A stretch of 64,000 nt of DNA from Minisyncoccota bacterium (GTDB lineage: Bacteria; Patescibacteriota; Minisyncoccia; Phycocordibacterales; GCA-2747955), in NCBI GenBank assembly GCA_020628915.1, contig JAHDEI010000002.1, forward strand, positions 7,153 to 71,152, given 5' to 3'. The notes under the pieces are model-generated. The model did no database searches and was not told the origin of the DNA. It saw only the letters and a program-made list of their open reading frames with translations. The position numbers were made by a program, and so were the translations under genes. Within the stretch, counting starts at the first letter, position 1. Every line of letters begins with the position of its first letter. Of this stretch, positions 9,822 through 20,411 are shown in pieces.

Positions 9822-11015
9822 CTACGCTACAATTTTTGTAACAACTCCAGCTCCAACAGTTCGTCCTCCTTCTCGAACCGCAAATCGGGTTTGATCTTCA
9901 AGAGCAACTGGTGCAACTAATTTTACTTTAAATGTAACTGTATCTCCTGGCATAACCATTTCTGTTCCTTCAGCTAGTGTTACTTCACCAGTAACGTCAG
10001 TTGTTCGGATGTAGAATTGTGGTTTGTACCCTGTGAAGAATGGAGTGTGTCGTCCACCTTCTTCTTTTTTAAGGATGTATACTTCTGCTTCGAATTCTGT
10101 GTGTGGTGTTACAGTTCCTGGTGCAGCAAGTACTTGCCCTCGAGTAATGTCATCTTTTTTAAGCCCTCGAACTAGAACTCCAGCGTTATCTCCAGCTTGA
10201 GCTTGGTCAAGTGACTTGTTGAACATTTCAACTCCGGTAACAGTAGTTTTTCCTGTTTCTTTAATTCCTACGATTTCTACTTCTTCACCTACTTTAACTG
10301 CTCCCCGTTCTACTTTACCTGTAACCACTGTTCCCCGTCCTTCAATTGAGAAGATATCTTCTACTGGCATAAGGAATGGCTTGTCTAGTTCACGTTCTGG
10401 AACTTCAAAGTATGTATCCATAGTCTCAGCAAGTTGTAGAATCTTTTGGCACCAGTCGTCATTAACGTCTGTTGCTTCTGCTCCTTTCAATGCTGAACCT
10501 TTAACGAATGGAGTATTGTCTCCATCAAATCCGTACTGTGTAAGAGTTTCTTTAATCTCTTCTTCAACGAGTTCGATCATTTCCTCATCATCTACCATGT
10601 CACATTTGTTTAGGAACACGATGATGTTTGGAACACCAACTTGCTTCGCAAGAAGAATGTGTTCTCGTGTTTGAGGCATCAAACCGTCAGTAACTGCAAC
10701 CACCAAGATAGCACCGTCCATTTGGGCAGCACCGGTAATCATGTTTTTGATGTAGTCGGCGTGACCTGGCGCATCGATGTGTGCGTAGTGTCGGTTAGCT
10801 GTTGAGTATTCATTGTGAGAAAGTGCGATTGTAATTCCTCGCTCTTTTTCTTCTGGGGCGTTATCGATATCATCGATATTAGCCATTTTTACGTCGTTAC
10901 CTGCTAGATTCAAACAGTTAAGAATCGCAGCTGTAAGCGTTGTTTTACCATGGTCAACGTGTCCAATTGTACCTACGTTAACGTGTGGTTTTGATCTGTC
11001 GAATGTTTCTGACAT
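9822..11015 (-). CDS. tuf: elongation factor Tu
   Basis: [39 protein letters not shown]. Confidence 0.99.
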   Translation of the reverse strand: MSETFDRSKPHVNVGTIGHVDHGKTTLTAAILNCLNLAGNDVKMANIDDIDNAPEEKERGITIALSHNEYSTANRHYAHIDAPGHADYIKNMITGAAQMDGAILVVAVTDGLMPQTREHILLAKQVGVPNIIVFLNKCDMVDDEEMIELVEEEIKETLTQYGFDGDNTPFVKGSALKGAEATDVNDDWCQKILQLAETMDTYFEVPERELDKPFLMPVEDIFSIEGRGTVVTGKVERGAVKVGEEVEIVGIKETGKTTVTGVEMFNKSLDQAQAGDNAGVLVRGLKKDDITRGQVLAAPGTVTPHTEFEAEVYILKKEEGGRHTPFFTGYKPQFYIRTTDVTGEVTLAEGTEMVMPGDTVTFKVKLVAPVALEDQTRFAVREGGRTVGAGVVTKIVA

Positions 11016-11190
11016 ATTCTATAAATTAATAAATTCTATTAAACAATTACTAACAATTTTCTGCATATTTGAAAAAGCAAAAAATATGTAGCGCGCATTG
11101 TACCAGAATGAAATTCGAAAGCAACCATTCTTGACAACAGATAAATAAACCTTATTCTTATCTACAGTAGAAGAAAAAAGGAGACCCTCA

Positions 11191-11637
11191 ATGGGCGATA
11201 TAGTCCTAAAGACAATTAACACAGAAATCTCAACAGAAATTACGGCAGACGAAAATCTCGCGCGCTTAATCAAGTCTTACAAGGCGCGTGGATTAGATGA
11301 CTCGTTGGTCCTAGTTAATGTGAGAAATATCTTTCATTACGTCAAAGAAGACCGAGAGCACGCGTTTAAAATGCTCTTAAAGGTACTGGGAAGTGACTAT
11401 TACCTTCGCTTAGATGCTTATGCGAACTATATTCAGGTAAAACCAGGACTTCCCTTGCCGCACGAGGTTATCCTCATACGTGCAAACGCCTTTATGGAGC
11501 GAGTAGAAAAAGGCGAAATTGATTACCCTTTTCTTGATCAAGTTACATCAACTCAACTTGATTACCCAAAGGCCAGCCTAAAGAAGTACAAAAAGTACTG
11601 GCAAGACTTCGATAAACAAAAAAGAAAGCGACCATGA
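11191..11637 (+). CDS. hypothetical protein (orphan)
   Basis: ORF with TTGACA at 11131, AAGGAG RBS, downstream hairpin. Confidence 0.7.
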   Translation: MGDIVLKTINTEISTEITADENLARLIKSYKARGLDDSLVLVNVRNIFHYVKEDREHAFKMLLKVLGSDYYLRLDAYANYIQVKPGLPLPHEVILIRANAFMERVEKGEIDYPFLDQVTSTQLDYPKASLKKYKKYWQDFDKQKRKRP

Positions 11638-11649
11638 TTGGTCGCTTTA
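11625..11649. repeat. terminator palindrome, copy 1 of exact 25-bp repeat (copy 2 at 12428-12452)
   Basis: aaagcgaccatgattggtcgcttta identical at both sites. Confidence 0.85.
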
Positions 11650-11829
11650 TTCTTGTGCTGTTCGTTCTTTTGTGTTGTCATTACTGTGTAATATCGATCC
11701 ATTTTCTCTATCATCCATTTCATCAAGAAGATCGATAATCTCATCAATCTCCTGCTCGACAGAGGAGCCAAATGGTGATTTTGCATCGTATTTAATCATA
11801 ACCATTCCTTTCTGCTCCTGAGTATACAC
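11647..11829 (-). CDS. small acidic hypothetical protein
   Basis: Short ORF directly downstream of recO; true start uncertain. Confidence 0.35.
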   Translation of the reverse strand: MYTQEQKGMVMIKYDAKSPFGSSVEQEIDEIIDLLDEMDDRENGSILHSNDNTKERTAQE

Positions 11830-12404
11830 TACAGCTGAGAATTATGGATACACTCATTAATATATTGTATATATGTGTGTTTATTCTCTTTTATATGGCT
11901 TAAATCTCTCTCATCTGGCATGATCTGGTCAAACATAGTCTCTGGAATTGTCTCAAGAAATTGTTCATCAAAATAGCCTAAGTGCTTTAAAAGCCTGACC
12001 ACGATATAAATTTCATCCAACTCATCAGTCAACATCTCTGGAACGAGTAGCTGACTCAAAAGATGAAATAAATTTTCGTCTTTTTCTTGGCCATGAACTA
12101 AGAGCTCAATCAAGGATATAACGCTACTTACGCTCTTTTTTGAGATATTTTGCTTTCCCAACACTAAATGCCTCTCGTGTTCAATACCTGTCATGCGGAA
12201 ACCCTGTTTTCCTTTTACCAACGAAACCGAAACGAAAGAATAGGGTTGAATCGAAAAACGATGTTTTGATATTTCTTTTCTTGACCCAGAGACGCGGGCA
12301 CCAACAAGACCCAACTCTTTGGTATAAAAACGCACATAGTGATCTGACTCACCTTGTGTTCTTGCAGAGAGCACTAACGCCTGAGTAGTATAAATTTCGT
12401 ACAT
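11829..12404 (-). CDS. recO: DNA repair protein RecO (short form)
   Basis: YTTQALVL.....GESD....FYTKELG.V.A...G.RK..SK.R RecO N-terminal OB fold. Confidence 0.85.
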   Translation of the reverse strand: MYEIYTTQALVLSARTQGESDHYVRFYTKELGLVGARVSGSRKEISKHRFSIQPYSFVSVSLVKGKQGFRMTGIEHERHLVLGKQNISKKSVSSVISLIELLVHGQEKDENLFHLLSQLLVPEMLTDELDEIYIVVRLLKHLGYFDEQFLETIPETMFDQIMPDERDLSHIKENKHTYIQYINECIHNSQL

Positions 12405-12427
12405 ACGTTAAAAATCATTGTAACAAA

Positions 12428-12452
12428 AAAGCGACCATGATTGGTCGCTTTA
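12428..12452. repeat. terminator palindrome, copy 2 of exact 25-bp repeat
   Basis: Identical to 11625-11649. Confidence 0.85.
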
Positions 12453-12458
12453 ATAATT

Positions 12459-13028
12459 TCATTTAATCAACAAGTGTGGATTCTCGGGATATAACCATCT
12501 GCCAAAAATCTTTTCACAATATTCGTAATTAAATTTTACTACCTCTAACAAAGAGAACAACAAAATCTCCTGGTCGCTCATGTTTGCTTCTTTGACAACT
12601 ACGCATGGGATCGGCGAATGGCCTGGATTCTTCCTGGTGTATTCATTTTGAGCTTGGTAAAACGAGTCACGTCCTTGACCTGAACTTTTACACTGCAGGA
12701 ATAGAAACTCGCGTGAGACCCATTCCGTCTTAATGACTAGGTCTATTTTCATTCGATCAAGTGTTCCCATAGATGGCGCACGTCGCACCCCATTGATCCA
12801 GGGTAATATATCGGACTCTCTGCAGGCATCAAAAATCTCAACGAGTAATTCTTCTCGTCTATAGCCGATAACCTGAGTGTCATTTTCTTTTTGAATTGAT
12901 TCTCGCAGAGCCAACAAATTGTCTTTGCGCTCTTGCGAGAATCGCTGTTCCATTGCTGCACCAATTGCCGTCAGAGCGGCAGTTTTTTCTTTTCTGTTCA
13001 TGAGAACTAATTTTTCTTGGTTCAACAT
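12459..13028 (-). CDS. hypothetical protein, possible PD-(D/E)XK nuclease fold
   Basis: E...D..KIDLVI...FLQCKSS pattern; AAAGGAG RBS. Confidence 0.55.
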   Translation of the reverse strand: MLNQEKLVLMNRKEKTAALTAIGAAMEQRFSQERKDNLLALRESIQKENDTQVIGYRREELLVEIFDACRESDILPWINGVRRAPSMGTLDRMKIDLVIKTEWVSREFLFLQCKSSGQGRDSFYQAQNEYTRKNPGHSPIPCVVVKEANMSDQEILLFSLLEVVKFNYEYCEKIFGRWLYPENPHLLIK

Positions 13029-13139
13029 TTCCACCACTCCTTTCTGATCGCTATCTTAGCACTTTTTTAAAAATATTGACATAGCATTAATTGCATGTCA
13101 CGATACGAATTAGTTTAATTTTAAATTGAGGTGTTCATT

Positions 13140-13517
13140 ATGAATGAAAACATATTAACTCTACTGGCAGTCTCTCTTCTCTGTATTCCCTTCTTTTGTT
13201 GCATATGGGTCAGCGAAAGCAGATTTAAAAAACGCAAAAAAATATGGCGAGAACTCGACGAGATTTGCCGCCAGGAGTCGATAATTAACACGATTATCAC
13301 AAACGAGCTTGGTCACGAAGAACTCAAGCCTTATTTTTATCTCGTTGACGACTTTGCAAACGCCCAAGTCTACCCACTAGCACAAAACATGTGGGGCCCC
13401 ATGGATGAGGATCGCTTCACAGACCGAGTCCGTTCTGCATTTACCGAATGGAAAAGACAATTTGTAGATTCTGGATTACACGAAAAGCGCCTCGAGCTTC
13501 GAGCTGCTCTTCCCTAG
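13140..13517 (+). CDS. hypothetical protein with N-terminal TM helix
   Basis: ORF, GAGGTG RBS, TTGACA upstream. Confidence 0.65.
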   Translation: MNENILTLLAVSLLCIPFFCCIWVSESRFKKRKKIWRELDEICRQESIINTIITNELGHEELKPYFYLVDDFANAQVYPLAQNMWGPMDEDRFTDRVRSAFTEWKRQFVDSGLHEKRLELRAALP

Positions 13518-13545
13518 ACAAAAGCGACCGTATGCGGTCGCTTTT

Positions 13546-16500
13546 TTATATCTTCTCAATTACTGCTTTGAAGACATGCTCTCTCACCTTTTGTTCGTCG
13601 CTTTCCACCTGGTCGAATGAAAGCTCTTCAATTCCTGCAACCGATTCCAGTTCATCTCTGAAGGCCTCGATTGCATCCTGAACCTCATCTGGAGCATCCA
13701 CAACCAACGATGCACGATCTGATGGTTCCATGCCTGATTTCTTTCTCATTGATTGAATAGCACGAAGTATTTCCCTAAAAAGACCTTCTTGCTCAAGTTC
13801 TGGAGTTAGCTCGGTATCAAGAACTGCAACCTCGTCTTGATTTGAATTAAATAGTACTGATTTGATATTCAACTCGTCTGCAATGATGTTTGTATACACT
13901 GGATCAAGCTCTGCTGACTGTAGCGATACAGACGCAAGCGGCTGCTTCACCTTTATTCCGGCGCTCGCACGTGCCTCCAAACCAGCAGAAACAAGATCCC
14001 GAACTGACTGCATTGTTTCGATCACTGCGTTGTTTTCGGATAACTTAATCTCAGGCCAATCCACCAAATGGACAGATTCTCTGTCTCCTTTTCCTCGCAT
14101 TTGTTGCCAAACATGTTCTGCCAAAAACGGCATGAATGGTGCAATGACTTTTGAAAAATTAATAAGGATGTATCGTGTTGTTGCCAGTGCATACTTTTTA
14201 TCTTCATCGTCAGTTCCTTTAAACCTATCTCTGGAGCGTCTGATATACCACGTTGATACATCATCAACAAAATCCATGAAACATCCACATGCCATATCTA
14301 GTTCGTAGGTATCAAGTTTTTCTGTTGTTTGTTTTTGAACCTCCCTAAATCTCTCGAGAATCCACAAATCAAGAGGATTGGATGCCTCTAGTGCCATATC
14401 ACGTGTGTGTGCGATAGTTTCGTTGTAAAGTTTGTAAAACGAGACGACATTTTTTAATCTGATAACAACCTTTTTATTGATGTCGTCAATTTGTTTTTCT
14501 ACCAAATTAACACTTTCACCTTTAATCAACGGTGACGAAAGCAGGAAGTAGCGCAATGCATCAGCCCCGTGTGTATCCATTACCTGTGATATTGGCGGGT
14601 AATTCTTGAGCTTCTTGGACATCTTTTTTCCATCTTCTGCCATAACCATTCCATGAACAATTACATTCTTGAACGGAGATTTATCAAAGAGACTTGTTCC
14701 AAGAACTAGTAATGAATTAAACCAGCCACGTGTTTGATCTGCCCCTTCACAAATAAAGTCGGCTGGATATTGGAACCCATCTTGATCAAATGGGTAGTGT
14801 TTTGATGCATATGGCATTGATCCTGATTCGTACCAACAGTCAAATACTTCGCCAATAATTTTGTATTCTTCTCCTTTGTCATTAAACCAGGTGATCCCGT
14901 CAATATGTGGCTTGTGAAAATCTAATTCGTACTCTTTGTTGTGTGGGAATCTCGTAAAATCTAAAAACCGCGGCTTTGCGTTATGAACTGTCCCCCAGTG
15001 AGTCCGCAGATCAATTGTCTGATCATGAGTGAGACCATTTGCTCCAGCAAACGATGTCCAGTACGGCGTAAAGTGACTAACTACTACGATGTTTTTTCCT
15101 TCATATTTTGAATCAATGTCATAAAAGAAATCCATCATCCGATGCTTCACCTGCATGATTGACTCTCCTCCTCCAGGCAGCTCTTTGGTCAGATCTTCGT
15201 ATGGTGTGTCCACACCCACATAGTTTAAATATTCATCTCTCGTTTTACCCTCAAGATCGCCAAAAACGATTTCACGAATTCGTTCATCAAAAATAATATC
15301 TTCTTTGTTCACGCCCACTCCCTTTGCAATTATCTCTGCAGTTTGTGTTGTGCGTGTAAATGGCGACGCAATGATGAGGTCTACATCCTCTCCATTGTCT
15401 GCATGAGCAGAACTAATAAGTTCTTTGATCTCGGGAACAGCACCTTCGACTTGTTTCATACCTTCTTTTGAAAGCTTGTCTAAATCACCTCCGGCAACAC
15501 CTGAAATCATTTTTTTAATATTTGATTCTGACTCACCATGTCTAATCAGAATAATGTTATTTGTGGATCGAGTTTTGTTTTTTAATTCAGCAAGTGATCC
15601 AATCACCTCGTGTTCTCCAGTGGTTTGATTTTCCCAAACAGGGATTGGTGCACCCCAAAAACGAGAACGTGAAATTGCCCAATCAACTTTTCCTGAGATC
15701 CAATTATGAAAACGCTTATGCCCCAAATGGTCAGGGACCCAATGCACTTTTGAATTAAGCTCAACCATACGATCAACCAGTGCGTCCGTCTTTTGAACAA
15801 ACCATGAGTCAGTAGCGTAGTTCAGCAAGGGTGTATCACATCTCCAGCAGTGTGGATAGCTGTGCTCGATCTTTTCTTTTGAGAAGAGTTTTCCGTTGTG
15901 TGCCAAATACTTAACGATTTCGATGTCAGTTGCCATGTGGTCCCCTTTTGTTTTCACCTCCATGCCAGCGAAATCAGTTACAGCGTCCACGAATTCTCCT
16001 GCTTTATTTACGTGATGAATTAACGGCAAGTTCATTTGTTTTGCTAATGCAAAGTCTTCGGCACCAAATGCTGGTGCTTCATGGGCAATACCCGTCCCTG
16101 ACTCGTCATCAATAAAGTCTGCTTCATACACTTTCCATCCGTTCTCATGATTTTCAATATTTGTATTGCTAACAAAATAATCAAATGGAGGTACATATTC
16201 CAAACCAACAAGGCCTTTTACATCATCAAACTCTTGTACGATCTCATAGTCCTTGACGTCAGCATGATTCATCACGTCTTCCAGTCGTGCCTTCGCAAGA
16301 ATGTAATTCTCGGTGACACCTTCTTTCGTTGCTCGTACTTTGACGTACTTTACCTCGGGCCCAACGGCGATTGCCACGTTACCGGGCAAGGTCCATGGTG
16401 TCGTCGTCCACGCTAAAATAAACGTTCCTGGTTCGTTTTTGAGTTCAAATTTCGCTGTAACTGAAATATCTTTTATGTCTGCATATCCATCAGCCACCTC

Positions 16501-17091
16501 GTTGTTTGAAAGCGTTGTTTCACATCGTGGACACAAATGCATAGCTTTGAATCCTTTGTAAACAAGACCCTTGTCATACAGTTCTTTAAAAGACCACCAG
16601 ATAGATTCTGTATATGTCGCATCCATCGTCTTGTAGTGGTTTTTCATGTCCACCCATCGCCCCGTTCGGGGGATTATCTGTTCCCAATCTTCTTTGTATT
16701 CCAAAACCTTTCCTCGTGCCTCAGTATTAAACTGTTCAACACCATGTTCCATGATGTCCTTTCGTGAGTTGAGACCGAACTCTTTCTCAACTATGTTTTC
16801 AATAGGAAGACCGTGACAATCCCACCCCCAGTTACGCACCACTTTTTTACCACGCATTGTTTGATAACGTGGAATTACGTCCTTAATTGTCCCTGGCAAT
16901 AAGTGACCATAGTGAGGTTGTCCTGTAGCAAATGGTGGCCCATCATAAAAAACAAAAGGGTCTTCATCTTCGCGCTCGTCAATCGACTTTTTAAAAATTC
17001 CGTTCTTATTCCAAAAATCTAAAACCGCCTCTTCATCTTTGGCGGTCTGAGATACATTGTTTTTATTATTTTGTGTATGTATATCAGACAT
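13546..17091 (-). CDS. ileS: isoleucyl-tRNA synthetase (IleRS2-like) with inserted histidine-phosphatase domain
   Basis: DGPPFATGQPHYGH (HIGH), WTTTPWTLP, DWAISRSRFWG, KMSKK; insertion IRHGESESN...SPFTRT.QTA...RE..FGDLEG...GGES...VSH. Confidence 0.95.
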   Translation of the reverse strand: MSDIHTQNNKNNVSQTAKDEEAVLDFWNKNGIFKKSIDEREDEDPFVFYDGPPFATGQPHYGHLLPGTIKDVIPRYQTMRGKKVVRNWGWDCHGLPIENIVEKEFGLNSRKDIMEHGVEQFNTEARGKVLEYKEDWEQIIPRTGRWVDMKNHYKTMDATYTESIWWSFKELYDKGLVYKGFKAMHLCPRCETTLSNNEVADGYADIKDISVTAKFELKNEPGTFILAWTTTPWTLPGNVAIAVGPEVKYVKVRATKEGVTENYILAKARLEDVMNHADVKDYEIVQEFDDVKGLVGLEYVPPFDYFVSNTNIENHENGWKVYEADFIDDESGTGIAHEAPAFGAEDFALAKQMNLPLIHHVNKAGEFVDAVTDFAGMEVKTKGDHMATDIEIVKYLAHNGKLFSKEKIEHSYPHCWRCDTPLLNYATDSWFVQKTDALVDRMVELNSKVHWVPDHLGHKRFHNWISGKVDWAISRSRFWGAPIPVWENQTTGEHEVIGSLAELKNKTRSTNNIILIRHGESESNIKKMISGVAGGDLDKLSKEGMKQVEGAVPEIKELISSAHADNGEDVDLIIASPFTRTTQTAEIIAKGVGVNKEDIIFDERIREIVFGDLEGKTRDEYLNYVGVDTPYEDLTKELPGGGESIMQVKHRMMDFFYDIDSKYEGKNIVVVSHFTPYWTSFAGANGLTHDQTIDLRTHWGTVHNAKPRFLDFTRFPHNKEYELDFHKPHIDGITWFNDKGEEYKIIGEVFDCWYESGSMPYASKHYPFDQDGFQYPADFICEGADQTRGWFNSLLVLGTSLFDKSPFKNVIVHGMVMAEDGKKMSKKLKNYPPISQVMDTHGADALRYFLLSSPLIKGESVNLVEKQIDDINKKVVIRLKNVVSFYKLYNETIAHTRDMALEASNPLDLWILERFREVQKQTTEKLDTYELDMACGCFMDFVDDVSTWYIRRSRDRFKGTDDEDKKYALATTRYILINFSKVIAPFMPFLAEHVWQQMRGKGDRESVHLVDWPEIKLSENNAVIETMQSVRDLVSAGLEARASAGIKVKQPLASVSLQSAELDPVYTNIIADELNIKSVLFNSNQDEVAVLDTELTPELEQEGLFREILRAIQSMRKKSGMEPSDRASLVVDAPDEVQDAIEAFRDELESVAGIEELSFDQVESDEQKVREHVFKAVIEKI

Positions 17092-17155
17092 AGAAACCAT
17101 TATATCGTCTCGAGCTTAATCTACCAAGAAAAAAGACCAGGCAAGTTGCTTGGTC

Positions 17156-17527
17156 TTACCATGGCATAACTTCGTAAACATACCGTTTGCCATCAATAAT
17201 CATTGTCGCCTTTTCATAAAACTGAGCCTCTCGAGTTGTCATCTTCTCAGCCACCAAAGCAGGTTCACCGAACATGGTATTGATGTAATGATATGGATCA
17301 AAATCAATAACCTTGGCCGAGTGATCCTTTGGTAGCCAGAGTGGTCTCTTTTTTCTGAGATACAAGAAGTTATTAAACTGCAATACGCTTGACCCCTGCC
17401 TGTTTAAAACTGGCCCACCTTTTTTAGCAAACGCTATCAAATCTTCTTTCTGAGAGTGCTCCATAAACCAAGGAAGTCCAGAAAGAATTTTTGTGACCTG
17501 TGGTATGGACATAACTATTCTTTGCAT
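17156..17527 (-). CDS. hypothetical protein (orphan)
   Basis: ORF with AAGGGG RBS. Confidence 0.6.
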   Translation of the reverse strand: MQRIVMSIPQVTKILSGLPWFMEHSQKEDLIAFAKKGGPVLNRQGSSVLQFNNFLYLRKKRPLWLPKDHSAKVIDFDPYHYINTMFGEPALVAEKMTTREAQFYEKATMIIDGKRYVYEVMPW

Positions 17528-17810
17528 ATAATCCCCTTTTCTTGGTTGGTAAAGCCCGACATATGTCGGGCTTGTATGGTTGCCTCCTCATATTGTTAAA
17601 GAGTGGGGTCTAGGGGGATTAGCCCTAGGCAGATGCGACTAGATCACCCCCTTCCTTAGGAATGGAATAATTATGCATCTTATTTGTACCATGGTTAGTC
17701 ATGATACCCTCCTTTCTTAACAAAAGTATTAAAATTTCCAGTGGATATGCGTACACATCTATACTCTATTATAGGTATTATTTGACAAAAGTCCAAAAAA
17801 ATGTGGATAG

Positions 17811-19478
17811 CTACATTCGCTCAACTACATCAATTCCTAAAAGATCAAGACCCTTTTGTAGAGTGGTCGCAACTGCCTGAGTCAAAGCAACATTATACGC
17901 AAAATCAGAATTTGCCTCATCAGCAATTTTGGTCTCTGCATAAAACGAATTAAACGATTGTGCTAATTCATAAACATACTGAGCAACATGGTGCGGTGAA
18001 TAGTCTTTGAGAGACTTTTGGATTGATTCTGGGAAACGCTCGAGTAGGCGTGCTACGTCAGGAACGACTGACGGAATGGGCACTTCGTTTGGTTTTTTTA
18101 TTTTGTCTAAAATAGATTTTGTTCTGACGTACGTATATTGAATATATGGGCCTGAATTTCCTTCAAATGACAATGACTTTTCAAAATCAAATACCATATC
18201 CTTCCCCATCGAACTTTTAAGTAACGCATACCTGAGTGCACCAATTGCAACAGCACGTGCAACATCTTTTTTGTCAGACTCATCGATATCTCGATCTTTC
18301 ATTTTTTCAAATACGTTTGCCTCAACACCTGCAATGAGGTCTTCGGCAAGCGGGACATTTCCATGACGTGAAGATATCTTTCCACTCGTCAAAGACAATC
18401 GACCGTGCTGTAGAAACAAAGACTTCTCTTCCCATTCAGGATTAATGAGACCTGATGATTTTGCCACTAACTGAAAATGTTGTTTCTGTTCCATATCCGT
18501 AACATACACCGACCTATCAAACGGTGCATACCGATCAAATTTATGCCACACCAGACCAAGATCCTTTGCTAAATACGTACCAAAACCATCTGAGTTAATA
18601 AAAACATTATCAAATAATCCATAGTCAGAACCCCTAAAAATAATTGCGCCGTCTGATTTCTCGAATACATTATTGATATGTCCATTCACCAACTCTTTTC
18701 CTTTTACCTCTGATTCGGTCTCAAAGATAATGCCATCAAATGTTGTCCCGAGATCTGCAACCATATCTTGAAAATATTTAAGGGAAAATTCAGTTCCTTT
18801 TTGGTACAAATCGTACTCAGTACTGTCTGTTTTGTTATAAATTTTTCTATTGATCTCGTGGATTGTTTCTTTAACCTTTTCATTCTCTTTGTATTGGGTT
18901 GACCCGTGTGCATATGCCTCACCTACTTGCTCGATGGTAAATCCGTCTGTCCAACCCTTGTCCATCAAACCCCATACAGCCTTTGCAATTCCTGGGCCAA
19001 TATCAGATGGGAAAGAAAGCTCTAAGACTTCTGCCCCAGATGCTTTAAAAATATGAGTAAGTGAATTCCCCATCGCATTATTCACGAGATGCCCAATATG
19101 AAATGGTTTGAATAAATTGGGCGAGCTATGTTCTACCAGCCACCTTTGCCCCTTCAGCTTATCAATTGTTCCCCACGAAGCATCAATAGATTCAAGTTGT
19201 TTTTTCCAGTAGGCATTAGTCAGCGTAAGATTAATAAAACCAGGACCAGCAACCTGGGCTTTCTCGACAGAATCATTTGAGATATTCTCAAGGACTTTTG
19301 CAGCAACTTCTTGTGGGTTAAGTCCATTCTTTTTCGCATACGCCAGTGCACTAGTACACGCCCAATCCCCGTGAGACATGTCCTGTGGATGTTCAATATG
19401 CACATCGGCACCCAACTCAAATCCTGCATCAGAAAACGCTTTATTGAGTAGATAGATAATTGCCTGTTTGCTGTTCAT
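17811..19478 (-). CDS. argS: arginyl-tRNA synthetase
   Basis: HGDW, AGPGFIN, EHSSPNLFKPFHIGH, FEGNSGPYIQY, C-terminal ERM. Confidence 0.97.
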   Translation of the reverse strand: MNSKQAIIYLLNKAFSDAGFELGADVHIEHPQDMSHGDWACTSALAYAKKNGLNPQEVAAKVLENISNDSVEKAQVAGPGFINLTLTNAYWKKQLESIDASWGTIDKLKGQRWLVEHSSPNLFKPFHIGHLVNNAMGNSLTHIFKASGAEVLELSFPSDIGPGIAKAVWGLMDKGWTDGFTIEQVGEAYAHGSTQYKENEKVKETIHEINRKIYNKTDSTEYDLYQKGTEFSLKYFQDMVADLGTTFDGIIFETESEVKGKELVNGHINNVFEKSDGAIIFRGSDYGLFDNVFINSDGFGTYLAKDLGLVWHKFDRYAPFDRSVYVTDMEQKQHFQLVAKSSGLINPEWEEKSLFLQHGRLSLTSGKISSRHGNVPLAEDLIAGVEANVFEKMKDRDIDESDKKDVARAVAIGALRYALLKSSMGKDMVFDFEKSLSFEGNSGPYIQYTYVRTKSILDKIKKPNEVPIPSVVPDVARLLERFPESIQKSLKDYSPHHVAQYVYELAQSFNSFYAETKIADEANSDFAYNVALTQAVATTLQKGLDLLGIDVVERM

Positions 19479-19508
19479 TTATGGAATTATAACAAAAGAA
19501 AAAGTTCC

Positions 19509-20291
19509 CTACGCGGGAACTTTTGATGTTTTTTCTCGAAAAGATGAAAACTTTTCCTCAAGTGATCCTTGAGGCTTCAATCTCTTGTTCGTCTCAACGA
19601 AAGACAGCAAGTTATAACCCATGCGTATCGCATGCGGATCACGGATGCGATCGTGGATCATGTCCATCATTGTGTGCATGTCATGTCTGATTAAATTCAG
19701 GCGACCAGCCTTGTAATGGACAGGAAAAGACCGTTTCATTCTTTCTTTCAATCCAGCGAATAACGTACACTTTTTAATCTTCAGTCGCCCATCCAGCATT
19801 GAAACAACATAGGCGCGACCGTCTGAATTAAAATAATACATATAACAATCCTCATTCGGCAATGCGACCAATGCTTGATTATCAGGCCTCTTTAGTTCGC
19901 GAGCACCACCATGAGATACCACATGTGTTGAAAATAATTCTTCTGATTCTTCTTCAAAAGAGAGTACAACATAGCAGCCATCTCCGCGATACTTGTGCGC
20001 TCGAATCAGTCCGTCTTCCGGATCTTGTTCAAGGCGACAAGCTGTTACAAAATATGTGCGTGGCTCCGGCGTGTCCCACTCTGGCAGGTCTCGATATCCA
20101 TCTTTGGTGCAAATAATCACAGCCTTACGTGAAGGTAAACTTGGCTCTTGTTGACCAAAGCCTACCATGCTTTTGAATTTACTAACTCGATTAAAATAAA
20201 TACCTGGAGACAATGTTTCATCAACTGAATTATATCGGTATACATTTGTCTCATACTCTTCGTCTTGCAGGTGTCTAATAGTAGAGCCCAT
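19509..20291 (-). CDS. hypothetical protein (orphan)
   Basis: Long ORF; AAGGAG RBS before ATG 20291. Confidence 0.7.
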   Translation of the reverse strand: MGSTIRHLQDEEYETNVYRYNSVDETLSPGIYFNRVSKFKSMVGFGQQEPSLPSRKAVIICTKDGYRDLPEWDTPEPRTYFVTACRLEQDPEDGLIRAHKYRGDGCYVVLSFEEESEELFSTHVVSHGGARELKRPDNQALVALPNEDCYMYYFNSDGRAYVVSMLDGRLKIKKCTLFAGLKERMKRSFPVHYKAGRLNLIRHDMHTMMDMIHDRIRDPHAIRMGYNLLSFVETNKRLKPQGSLEEKFSSFREKTSKVPA

Positions 20292-20411
20292 ACAACACTT
20301 CTCCTTTTCAAAGTTCAAAACTTAAAGTATTTAACCACATTCATTTTGAAATAAAAAGGGTCTCAAGATTGAGGCCCTTTTGTAAAAACAAATAATGTTC
20401 TATCTAATATT

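Noticed and set aside
11625-13546. Repeated palindromes as a CRISPR array or integron attC sites
   Set aside because: Copies are separated by whole genes including core ones. There are no regular spacers, cas genes, integron integrase or RYYYAAC/GTTRRRY boxes.
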